Shown here in pieces: positions 18,732 to 27,839 of a stretch of DNA of 49,195 nt. Where the stretch lies: the NCBI GenBank assembly GCA_965371515.1, contig CBDUYR010000021.1, positions 1-49,195 on the forward strand. The letters are read 5' to 3'. A program made the translations under genes and the position numbers. The notes beneath the pieces were generated by a model. It had not been told where the DNA came from, did no database searches, and was given only the letters and a program-made list of their open reading frames with translations. The number at the start of each line of letters is the position of its first letter. The stretch's first letter is position 1. Source of the DNA: an uncultured bacterium. Its GTDB lineage: Bacteria; Krumholzibacteriota; Krumholzibacteriia; Krumholzibacteriales; Krumholzibacteriaceae.

Positions 18732-20942
18732 ATCGTCGCCAATCCTGAAAAGTCAAATGCGATCAACAGGCAGTCCCTGTTTGCAATAAGGATCGCATTC
18801 GGCCTTCTTATCCTACTCCATGGCCTGCCGCTTGTCTTCGGGAGTCTTCATCTCTGGGGACTGGACCAGTTGGAATATATCCCTGAGGGCTGGGCGTGGG
18901 CAGCCCTGGTCGCCGGTCTTCTGTTCCTGCTGCCTCCTGTCAGTGCATTACTTATAAAACCGATGGAGCGGATAGACAGATTCGCGGCGACGGAGAGATC
19001 GAAGCGTACCGGGATTCTGTTTTATCTTGTGTTTCTTGCAATCGCCGCCGTGATCTTCTGGACATTCAAGAACGCGACGCACTTCCTCGGGGACGGGTTC
19101 CTCTGGGCAAACCACCTCATGAAAGACATCGTCTTCCGCGAGCCGGTATCCACATGGCTGTACAGAGGGATTTACCGCGGGTTGAACGCGGCACATGTAT
19201 TAGACGAAATCAATACCGTAAGGTCGTCGGCGATAACAAGCGTCCTGGCAGGGTTGGTCTTTGTCGCCTTCGCCCACGGGACCGCGCGTCTCCTCTCAGA
19301 AAAGCGCGGAGGGTACGTCCTGTTCATCGCCTCCCTTCTCTCCTGCGGCATGATCATGCTCTTCTTCGGCTACGTCGAGACATACCCGCCTGTGGCGGCC
19401 GGTGTGATGGCTTTTCTCTATTTCGCGTTGAGATGGTTTAAACGCGGGGGTTCGATAATTCCTGCCGTGTTGGCATTTATCGTGACGGCGGTCCTCCACC
19501 TGTCGGCCATCGCCCTCCTGCCGGGGCTGCTGCTCCTGCTTCACTTCAATGCGGGAAAAGGTGTCGAGCTCAAACGTCTCGCTGTGGTTCTGCTCATAGT
19601 TACAGTCGGTGCTCTCGCCGTTTTGTGGGCCCTTCAGGCAACGGGAGCGTTCGGCGGATTCTTCAATGAGAACTTTCTCCCGCTGTTTGTTTCCTCCTCC
19701 AGCCAGGACGTCGCATATCCGGTTTTTTCGTTTCATGCCCTTTTCGATTTCGCCAACGAGCTCCTGCTCGTATGCCCGCTGATCGTCCTGCTGCCCATTC
19801 TGCTGATCGCCGGACGTGGGCGCAAGAACGCCACCGCAGGGAATGATCAGCCACATGGCCCGTCTCACGACCGGATGTTTCTCGCCGTTACCGCCCTCTT
19901 CTATGTAATGGCGTTCGTCGTATTCAACAAGGTCATCGGGACGAGCAGGGACTGGGACCTCTTCTCCCCCCTCGCGCTGCCCCTGGCGCTGTGGATCGCC
20001 CTGCTGATCCGGGACACTTTCCCTGAAAGATGCGGCGAGATGGCCGTCCTGACGGCGGCGATCATCATCACGCACACCGTTCCGTGGATAGCGCTCAACG
20101 CTGACACCGTCCGGTCGGAGAAGCGGTTCGTCGATCTCTGCGACAAGGGCTTCTGGAGCAATCGGGCGAAGGGGTACGGGTACAGCACCATCGGCCAATA
20201 CCGCCGTCACTACGGAAAAACGCTCGAGGCAATCCACTTCTACGGCAAGGCTGCCCTGCACGACCCGGGGAACGTGAAGTACAACTACTTCATCGGCGAG
20301 ATGTACTCGGGGCTGGGTAAACACGGCGCGGCGATCGAGCACTACTTCAAGGTCCTCGAGCAAAAGGGCGATCATCTCGATGCCCTGAACAATGCCGGTG
20401 TCTCGTACCTCGAGCTCGGACGACTCGGCGAGGCGGAGCCTTATTTCAAAAGAGCACTCGAGGTCGATCCGGCTTTCACGAGCGCGATGCAGAACCTCGG
20501 ATACATATACCTGGAGACGGGCCGGCCGCGTGAGTTGATCGAGTTGTACACCGACGCCGTCAGGACCGACGCGGAAACCGCGGAAAACCTGATGGGAATG
20601 GGACTGATGTATCTCGAGAGGCCGCAGAACCGGACCGCGGAAGTCTTTCTTCTCCAGCTGTCTGAAATGCGTCCCGTCGACATCAGGGTCCTCTACGGCC
20701 TCGCGCGAAAGTATATCCTCGAAAACAACTACGACCGTGCGATAGAGATGTTGAATAGAGCGGCCGATGAGACCCCCACAGATCCCAAGGTCCATATCGA
20801 CATCGCACGGGTTTATATAGCCGCGGGTGATATCGACAGCGCGAGGAAGCACGCCGAGGCCGCGCGGAACCTCGACCCACGTCTTCCCGGGGAACTTCTC
20901 GAGAACATCCAGCGTGAGGTCACGGACAGCCCGGAGAATTGA
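18732..20942 (+). CDS. Polytopic membrane protein with C-terminal TPR repeats (possible GT-C/TMTC-like glycosyltransferase); start uncertain
   Basis: Many TM segments, FLGDG, FFGYVETY, SRDWDL, then TPRs (ALNNAGVSYLELG). Frame is open from 18702; first canonical start is TTG 18870; GGAGG precedes ATC 18732. Confidence 0.75.
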   Translation: MVANPEKSNAINRQSLFAIRIAFGLLILLHGLPLVFGSLHLWGLDQLEYIPEGWAWAALVAGLLFLLPPVSALLIKPMERIDRFAATERSKRTGILFYLVFLAIAAVIFWTFKNATHFLGDGFLWANHLMKDIVFREPVSTWLYRGIYRGLNAAHVLDEINTVRSSAITSVLAGLVFVAFAHGTARLLSEKRGGYVLFIASLLSCGMIMLFFGYVETYPPVAAGVMAFLYFALRWFKRGGSIIPAVLAFIVTAVLHLSAIALLPGLLLLLHFNAGKGVELKRLAVVLLIVTVGALAVLWALQATGAFGGFFNENFLPLFVSSSSQDVAYPVFSFHALFDFANELLLVCPLIVLLPILLIAGRGRKNATAGNDQPHGPSHDRMFLAVTALFYVMAFVVFNKVIGTSRDWDLFSPLALPLALWIALLIRDTFPERCGEMAVLTAAIIITHTVPWIALNADTVRSEKRFVDLCDKGFWSNRAKGYGYSTIGQYRRHYGKTLEAIHFYGKAALHDPGNVKYNYFIGEMYSGLGKHGAAIEHYFKVLEQKGDHLDALNNAGVSYLELGRLGEAEPYFKRALEVDPAFTSAMQNLGYIYLETGRPRELIELYTDAVRTDAETAENLMGMGLMYLERPQNRTAEVFLLQLSEMRPVDIRVLYGLARKYILENNYDRAIEMLNRAADETPTDPKVHIDIARVYIAAGDIDSARKHAEAARNLDPRLPGELLENIQREVTDSPEN

Positions 20943-20966
20943 TCCTGCGCCCCCCGGCAGGCCCGG

Positions 20967-22118
20967 CTATTTTTTCGGAACGGGCCGCATGAAAAACACG
21001 AAGGGAATCGAACCGAGCGCGATAAAGGCGGATATCCTGTAGGTGAGGTCGAGACCGATCCTGTCCGCCGCAAATCCCACCGCCAGGACCATAAGTGAGC
21101 CGAGGACGAAATTAATGGTCATGTATATGCCGTTGATGAAAGACATCCGCCTCGAATCGATATCGTGAACCAGCGCTAGAAGTACCGGCCCGCTGGCAAA
21201 AAGGAAGAATCCCGTTATGATCAGGACCGGGATGGTAAATTTCCCGTCGAGCCCGACGAAGAGGTACATAAGGAATGGATTCACCGCCGAGATAATGAGA
21301 AGCGTTTTCTTTCTTCCGATCCTGTCCGAGATGGTCCCCGCCAGAACCGTCCCCGCGGCGCCTGAGAGCTGGAGCACCGACAGTGATATCCCCGCCATCC
21401 ACAGGGAAGCGCCCTTTGTTGTAAGGTAGGTGGGTAGATATATCGTCAGCGCGGATTTCATCGCAGCTCTGCAGAGAAATATCCCGGTCACGGAAACAAA
21501 GAACGGTATCAGGTCGACGAGGACCTTTCCCGCCCCGTCTTCCTTCTTCTCTACAGGCTCCCTCTCCAGGGAAACGTCCCGCAGCATGTAGTAGAAGAAG
21601 CCGGATGCGATCAGTCCGAAGGGCACCAGGCGATACGTTCCTTCCAATCCCCACAGCGAGATAGCACCGAGTATGATCAGCGGCCCGAGGGTGCGGGCGA
21701 GCTCTCCGCCGAGCATGTAGAAGCTCATCCCCCTGCCGATCCGCCCCATCGAGACATGCTTCATCATAACGGGGGCCGTCACGTGGAAGATGGCAGAGCT
21801 GACTCCAGACAGCAGCAGCAGGATGGTCAGAAACACATAGCTCGGAGCGGCGCCGAGCAGGCTCATCAGCGTGGCCGTTATCCCCGGCATGAGGATGATG
21901 AACCAGCGTATGCAGATCCTGTCGGCCATAAGGCCGAGAAAGGGATTCGCCAGGGACGGGATCCTCCTGTAGACGTCGAGCATGCCCGCCATCATCATGC
22001 TCAACCCGAACTTGTCCATCAGGATGGGCAGGATCGGCGCGAGAAATGACGTAGGCACATCATGCACGAGGTGCGCCAGCGATATCGCCAGCACCCTGTT
22101 GAATCTGCTGTTTTTCAT
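20967..22118 (-). CDS. MFS transporter (Fsr-like)
   Basis: LAHLVHD, GLMADR, GRGMSFYMLGGELARTLGP, GTISDRIGRK. Confidence 0.88.
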   Translation of the reverse strand: MKNSRFNRVLAISLAHLVHDVPTSFLAPILPILMDKFGLSMMMAGMLDVYRRIPSLANPFLGLMADRICIRWFIILMPGITATLMSLLGAAPSYVFLTILLLLSGVSSAIFHVTAPVMMKHVSMGRIGRGMSFYMLGGELARTLGPLIILGAISLWGLEGTYRLVPFGLIASGFFYYMLRDVSLEREPVEKKEDGAGKVLVDLIPFFVSVTGIFLCRAAMKSALTIYLPTYLTTKGASLWMAGISLSVLQLSGAAGTVLAGTISDRIGRKKTLLIISAVNPFLMYLFVGLDGKFTIPVLIITGFFLFASGPVLLALVHDIDSRRMSFINGIYMTINFVLGSLMVLAVGFAADRIGLDLTYRISAFIALGSIPFVFFMRPVPKK

Positions 22119-22119
22119 C

Positions 22120-24183
22120 TCAGAACACATGCGTCACCTTCAGGAAAAGCGTATTGCCCTGTATGGATCGCTGCCCGAATTCCGCCGTACCCCTCTGGAA
22201 GGCCAGCTGGATAGTACCGAAAGGCGGCTGGTACCGGTAGACAAAAACGGCCTGTACGTTACTGCGGTCGATAGTCGAATTGGACTGAAAAAACAGACGC
22301 AGATAGAGGTCCTTCGTGAAGAACTGGCTCGCCCTGATGACATTGATCCACGTGCTCTCGGACTCGGGGTCCGGATCGAGTATCAGCCGCTGCAGCTCAT
22401 ACTCGAGCGAGAACTTTGATGTGATCTTGTATCCGGCTTCGGCGGTCCAGAGGTGAAAGTCCAGATCGAAGTTCCTGCCGAATGCATAGGCGACCTGCAC
22501 GGACTGGAACTCCCGCGTGTTGTACCCGGCAACGAGTTCCATCTGCCTGTTTCGAAAGTCCTTTTCGTATCTCTTGAATTCTTCGATCCAGGAAGCCTCG
22601 AACGCGAACCTGTTGCGCAGCTCCGCCTCGAGGGCCTGGTAGATCTGCCAGCTTCGCAACATGCCGTTCTGGCTCCAGTATACGTTGTAATTGGACTCGT
22701 ACTGCGTCCGCTCCACCGCGCCACCGCGAAACCAGGTCTTTTCGAGGGCGCTGTCCAGCTCGCGCCGGTTGTCATCTCTAATGAACCCGACGGGGTTGAT
22801 GTTTTCCGCCACATGCACGCCGAGGTCGGTATATCGCACATGAAAGTGACCAGTCGGCGTATCATAGGAGGGCCGGAGAAAATATGCCCACGCCCCGTCC
22901 CTGCTGTAGCCGTAACTGTTCGCGACCTGCGCGGTCATCCCGAGGGTCTCGGTAAAGAACAGTGTGGCGTCCGCGCTCACCGAACCATAGGTCCTGTTTT
23001 CAAGTGTTCTGTTGGCTGTCATGAGGGCGACAGTGGATGATCCCTTCAGATCTTTCTGAAGACGCCCCACCGTATTAACGGCCCTGTCGGAATCGGGCAG
23101 GGGATCGGACAGGGTCGCCAGTGCGGCGAAGCTATATGAACCCTGCTTTCCCAGGACCTTTCCACCTGCCGTGATATCGGGGATGCGCCTGGAGTAGAAG
23201 GTGCGGATCCGCTGCCTGAACATCTCGTTGCCCTCGATAAAGAACTGTCGCTTCTCCGGCAGAAACAGTTCGAAGCGGGTCAGGTTGACCTGCTCCTGAT
23301 CGGCCTCGATCGTGGCGAAGTCCGGGTTGACGGTGGCGTAGACGGAGGTCTTCGGCGTGAGGGCATAGCGCATATCGATGCCCGCCTCCACCCTGCCCTT
23401 CTTTCCCTCTTCAAACCGGGCGAGCCCGTAGGGAATGATCTGATGCCTCCGCAGGGGCGGCGAGATGTCCATTCCGGTGAGAGTGCCCGCCTGTGAAACA
23501 CGGAAGACATTATTGAGCGGCCCCGACCAGAAACTGACCTCGAGGTTCCGGCGGCGGGTTCTTCCGAAATTGATCCCCCACGTCACCGATTCTCCCGCAT
23601 TGTATTTCAGTGAAGTAAGCGGGATCTCGATCTCGACCGTCCAGCCCGTTTCCGTGCGGCTCGCCGCTGATCGCCAGGGAGCGTCCCAGGTCTTGTCCAC
23701 CGTCCTGCCGTCTTCCGCGATCCGGCCGTCCGCCTGAGTGGAAACGGCATTTGTCATGAAGTAATAGGCCGTCCGGCTGTCGTGATACGTATCGAGCACG
23801 AGGATCACCGCATCGTCATTGAACAGATCATCGTCCCGCCTGGTAAGCTGCGCCGTCGGAGGCCCGATGTCCGTGAGCTCGAAAGCGACATAGAGGTATC
23901 TGGAATCATACAGCACCATAGCCCTCACGGCGGTCTCCGGCGGATGTCCGCGCATCGGCTCATACTGAATGAAGCTGTCGGCGACTGCGGCCCTTTCCCA
24001 GACCTCCTCTTCGATGACACCATCGATGGCAGGGGGGGACTCTATCTTCACGGCATCCAGAGTGAACGGATGCCCGGCAGAGACAGGACCGGACAGCGCG
24101 GACAGAACCAGCAGGGAAAGCATGCCTCGTACCAGGCTTCCAGTACACGCCTGAACAATGAATAGAGATGGATCCAGTCTCAT
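22120..24183 (-). CDS. CBM9-like + DUF5916-like outer-membrane protein; start uncertain
   Basis: PPAIDGVIEEEVW, GWTVEIEIP, TWGINFGR, ATVNPDFATIEAD, LFLPEKRQFFIEG, FYSRRI; C-terminal Phe. Confidence 0.78.
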   Translation of the reverse strand: MRLDPSLFIVQACTGSLVRGMLSLLVLSALSGPVSAGHPFTLDAVKIESPPAIDGVIEEEVWERAAVADSFIQYEPMRGHPPETAVRAMVLYDSRYLYVAFELTDIGPPTAQLTRRDDDLFNDDAVILVLDTYHDSRTAYYFMTNAVSTQADGRIAEDGRTVDKTWDAPWRSAASRTETGWTVEIEIPLTSLKYNAGESVTWGINFGRTRRRNLEVSFWSGPLNNVFRVSQAGTLTGMDISPPLRRHQIIPYGLARFEEGKKGRVEAGIDMRYALTPKTSVYATVNPDFATIEADQEQVNLTRFELFLPEKRQFFIEGNEMFRQRIRTFYSRRIPDITAGGKVLGKQGSYSFAALATLSDPLPDSDRAVNTVGRLQKDLKGSSTVALMTANRTLENRTYGSVSADATLFFTETLGMTAQVANSYGYSRDGAWAYFLRPSYDTPTGHFHVRYTDLGVHVAENINPVGFIRDDNRRELDSALEKTWFRGGAVERTQYESNYNVYWSQNGMLRSWQIYQALEAELRNRFAFEASWIEEFKRYEKDFRNRQMELVAGYNTREFQSVQVAYAFGRNFDLDFHLWTAEAGYKITSKFSLEYELQRLILDPDPESESTWINVIRASQFFTKDLYLRLFFQSNSTIDRSNVQAVFVYRYQPPFGTIQLAFQRGTAEFGQRSIQGNTLFLKVTHVF

Positions 24184-24399
24184 GAAGACATCTTCACAAG
24201 GAGCTGCGTCAAATGTATGGTCTCGATGACTACCTGTAAATTTCATCGGGCATCATAGCACAACAGCGGTGTCCTGCAACGGAATACCTGTCCGGAATAA
24301 TTCAGGGCGGGGATATATCACTTGTAATCAGACATATGGACGCTTATCGTCGGACAGGGTTCGAGAAGCCTCCAGGGGTTCTTCAAAAAGAGTGTTCTC

Positions 24400-25296
24400 A
24401 TGCATTCCAGAATATTTCCTGCCTGGATTCTCAGGATGATCGGTCGTGCAGCATTGATCGCTATGTTCCTCGCTGCGCTGCCCGCCGCAGCAAGTCCCGC
24501 CGACCCGGAACCACTCATCCTCGCCGTCCACCCCTACCTGCCGTATGAAGAACTGATGGAGCGGTTTACTCCGCTGGCCGATTATCTCGCCGGAGAGATC
24601 GGCCTCCCGGTCGTGGTCGGGATAGGGACAGATTACAGGGAACACATCGTAAATATCGGTAATGGAATCGTCGATATCGCCTACATGGGCCCGGCCGTCT
24701 ATGTGACATTGGTCGACAGGTTCGGTACGCATCCCCTGCTCGCTGTTATAGAGACGAACGGCACCCCGGACTTTACGGGTATGATCGTAGTACGCTTCGA
24801 CAGCCCCATTTCCGAGTTGTCCGAACTGCGCGGGAAAGAGATCGCATTCGTCGACGAGAATTCGACCATGGGATATGTCGTTCCGCTTTATATGCTCCTC
24901 CAGGTCATGAGCAGAGAAGACATCTTGAGGAACTCCAAAATCCTCCACAGTCACGTCAACGTGGCGCTGGGAGTGCTGACCGGCGATTTCTCCGCGGGCG
25001 CCGTCAAAGAAGAGGTGTTCTATCTTTTTCAGGACAGGGGCCTTGTTGAACTTGAGTCTTCACCGAAGATCCCGGAACATCTCTTTATTGCCAGGAAAAG
25101 TCTCTCGACGGAGACCGTCGAGGCAATAAGAAACGCATTATTCGAGCTGAAGGAAAGCGAATCGGGCAGGCTGATCATGAGCAACATCAAGAAAAACATG
25201 ACCGGGATGCTGCCGACCGAGGACAGCGATTATGACGGCCTTCGAGAGATATTGAGATTTCTGGAAGAAACCGGGAATTCAAATGACAACGACTGA
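24400..25296 (+). CDS. PhnD-like phosphate/phosphonate periplasmic binding protein
   Basis: FTPLADYL, VDIAYMGP, LRGKEIAFVDENSTMGYVVP, SHVNVALGVLTG. Confidence 0.82.
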   Translation: MHSRIFPAWILRMIGRAALIAMFLAALPAAASPADPEPLILAVHPYLPYEELMERFTPLADYLAGEIGLPVVVGIGTDYREHIVNIGNGIVDIAYMGPAVYVTLVDRFGTHPLLAVIETNGTPDFTGMIVVRFDSPISELSELRGKEIAFVDENSTMGYVVPLYMLLQVMSREDILRNSKILHSHVNVALGVLTGDFSAGAVKEEVFYLFQDRGLVELESSPKIPEHLFIARKSLSTETVEAIRNALFELKESESGRLIMSNIKKNMTGMLPTEDSDYDGLREILRFLEETGNSNDND

Positions 25297-27340
25297 CGTG
25301 AAAGCGCCGAAGTACTGGCTGGGCCTGATCACAGTAATATGCGTCCTTATCGCGACGTCTGTCGTGATCATAGGCAGGAAGAAACAGGTCCTGCTTCAGA
25401 GAGAGATGAATGATGCAAAAAATGAGCTGGTCTTCGTATCGCATCACGTACAAATTCACCTCCAGAGCAACGATTATGAAGCGCTCGAACCTTATCTGCT
25501 GGACTGGGCGCGGTATCACATTGAAAGAATCGCCGAGCTGAAGCTCACGGTGGCCAACGGGTTCGTAATCTCTCATATCGTGCAGGACTCGCTGCCCGCC
25601 CGGAGCTACAAGATCAGCGAGAAGATCCCATATTCCTATGACAATCAAGCTCTTCTGGAGATGACCGCGAATCTGGCCTCCGTCGACCAGACTATCAGCA
25701 ATGATATCAAGGCCCTGGGCCTGATCATATTTCTATCGATGGCGGCCATGGGTTTTATTCTGTGGCTCTCCCTCAAACGGCATTCGGCAGCCGTCGCCCT
25801 CCAGCTGCAGTCGGAAGAACTGAACAAGCTGTCGATCGCCATCGAACAGAGCCCCGTCGCGATCTTAATGACCGATGTAGACGGGACGATCGAGTATGTC
25901 AATCCCCGCTTCAAAGACCAGACCGGATATACAATGGACGATGTCATCGGTCACAATCCGCAGATCTTCAAATCGGGAGTGACGACCGACGAAGAATACG
26001 GGGATTTGTGGGAAACGATCCTGGATGGCCGGATATGGCGGGGCGAGTTTCTCAACGTCCGTAAAAACGGCGAACAGTTCTGGGAGAATGCCACTATCGG
26101 ACCGGTCAGGAACGAAGACGGAGTCATCACTCATTTCATAGCATTCAAGGAAGACATCACCGAGCAGAAATCCCTGAGGGAGCAACTGCTCCAGGGTCAG
26201 AAGCTCGAAGGAATCGGGAAGCTGGCCGGAGGGATCGCTCATGATTTCAACAATTTTCTTTCCGTTATCAGCGGGCATACGGAGCTGGCCCTGCTCGACG
26301 TGGACATAAATGAATCCGTCCATTCCGATCTCGTTCAGATCGCGAACGCCGCGAAGAACGCTGCGTTGCTGACGCGGCAGCTCCTGATGTTCAGCCGCAG
26401 ACAGGTCATCGAGCCGAAGATCATCGATCTCAACGTCCTGATCACGAACATGAACAGCATGATCAAACGCATTATCGGAGAGGACATAACAATCACGCTC
26501 GATCTCGACAGGGACATCTGTCCGATCAAAGCGGATTCGGGACAGCTCGAGCAGATATTCATGAATCTGATAATCAACGCAAAGGATGCTCTGACCCTGA
26601 AGGCTTCTTCCGCCGACGGAAAGAAGATCACCGTCGAGACTTCCGGGCTTTATCTCGATGCCGATTATGTTTCGATGCACGTGGACAGCAATATCGGCCA
26701 ACACGTACTCGTCGCCTTCAGCGACAACGGGATCGGCATGGATGCCGGGACAAGGGAAAAGGTGTTCGAACCGTTTTTCACGACGAAGGAGCACGGCAGA
26801 GGGACCGGGCTGGGCCTCTCCATGGTCTACGGCATCGTGAAGCAGAACAAAGGGATCATTTCCGTCTACAGCGAGCCGGGCCTGGGAACGACCTTCAAGA
26901 TCCTGTGGCCCTGTGAGGTAGATGCGGAACTGTCTGAGCTGAGCGGGGTGGATGAAGCGGAGATACGTGGCGGCGACGAGGCGGTCCTCATCGTGGAGGA
27001 TGACGAGGACGTCTGCGAGATGGCCTGCAGATCGCTGAAGCGCTACGGGTATGATATCCTGAAGGCGTCGGGCGGCAGTCAGGCCATCGAGATCACACGA
27101 TCGGGAAAGAAAATCGACCTGCTGCTCACCGATGTCGTCATGCCCGGCATGGGAGGACCGGAACTGGCCGAAGAGTTGAAGAAGATCGTCCCCGGCCTGA
27201 AAGTAATATTCTGCTCGGGATATACGAACAATCATATCCTCAACAGGGAGATCGTCGAGAAAAGGGCCCATTTCATCCAGAAACCGTACGCCTCGAGGGT
27301 CCTCGCGAGAAAAGTGCGGGCGGTTCTGGACGAGGATTGA
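25283..27340 (+). CDS. Hybrid sensor histidine kinase (TM, PAS/PAC, HisKA, HATPase, receiver)
   Basis: AIEQSP PAS, GGIAHDFNN, MNLIINAKDA, FEPFFTTK, GTGLGL, LLTDVVMP. Confidence 0.93.
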   Translation: MTTTDVKAPKYWLGLITVICVLIATSVVIIGRKKQVLLQREMNDAKNELVFVSHHVQIHLQSNDYEALEPYLLDWARYHIERIAELKLTVANGFVISHIVQDSLPARSYKISEKIPYSYDNQALLEMTANLASVDQTISNDIKALGLIIFLSMAAMGFILWLSLKRHSAAVALQLQSEELNKLSIAIEQSPVAILMTDVDGTIEYVNPRFKDQTGYTMDDVIGHNPQIFKSGVTTDEEYGDLWETILDGRIWRGEFLNVRKNGEQFWENATIGPVRNEDGVITHFIAFKEDITEQKSLREQLLQGQKLEGIGKLAGGIAHDFNNFLSVISGHTELALLDVDINESVHSDLVQIANAAKNAALLTRQLLMFSRRQVIEPKIIDLNVLITNMNSMIKRIIGEDITITLDLDRDICPIKADSGQLEQIFMNLIINAKDALTLKASSADGKKITVETSGLYLDADYVSMHVDSNIGQHVLVAFSDNGIGMDAGTREKVFEPFFTTKEHGRGTGLGLSMVYGIVKQNKGIISVYSEPGLGTTFKILWPCEVDAELSELSGVDEAEIRGGDEAVLIVEDDEDVCEMACRSLKRYGYDILKASGGSQAIEITRSGKKIDLLLTDVVMPGMGGPELAEELKKIVPGLKVIFCSGYTNNHILNREIVEKRAHFIQKPYASRVLARKVRAVLDED

Positions 27341-27579
27341 CGCGGCTCATTTTTCTGCGGGCTTTTTCGCGTGTTGCATTTTGGTTGTTCCCTTTTGTAC
27401 AGCCATATACCGTATGCTGCCGCGAAGTGCCCTGATGTGGCCTGTTGTTTCCGATACTCCCTCGAACTCCTTTCGTATGATGCAACACCTGCCGGCCGGC
27501 GGCGAGCCCTCACAGCCCCCTCTATACCCCTCTATCGGGTGATTATCATCTATACTTGAACGGCGCTAACACTCTATTT

Positions 27580-27649
27580 CATCAACGGCTTGCCTGTGCA
27601 GCCTATCCAGCCGACATGATCACTGAAGCGGCATGGCCTGCTTCTTGGT
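27580..27649 (+). promoter_or_regulatory. Possible sigma54 promoter with upstream IHF-like site
   Basis: TGGCCTGCTTCTTGGT (27634-27649; -12 is GG, not GC) and CATCAACGGCTTG (27580), close to WATCARNNNNTTR. Confidence 0.45.
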
Positions 27650-27839
27650 AGTAGGGCGGGTGAGGAATGCACACGTATATCTAAAGCTAGACGGAAACGT
27701 CAAGACCGGTACGGACAGAACAAAGGCGTTAAATGAACGCTGAGACATTTGAAGATATCTAAAGTACGACACATGAGGGCTGAAACATTAAGAATCACAT
27801 TATAGGAACACATTAACAGAGACATCGAATCGAGAGAAG

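Noticed and set aside
19296..20852. 518-aa minus-strand ORF
   Set aside because: Antisense shadow of the membrane-TPR gene.
27371..27488. 9-bp inverted repeat GTGTTGCAT / ATGCAACAC about 100 bp apart
   Set aside because: It could be an enhancer site, but it does not match the TGCGCA palindrome and a single pair is too weak to call.
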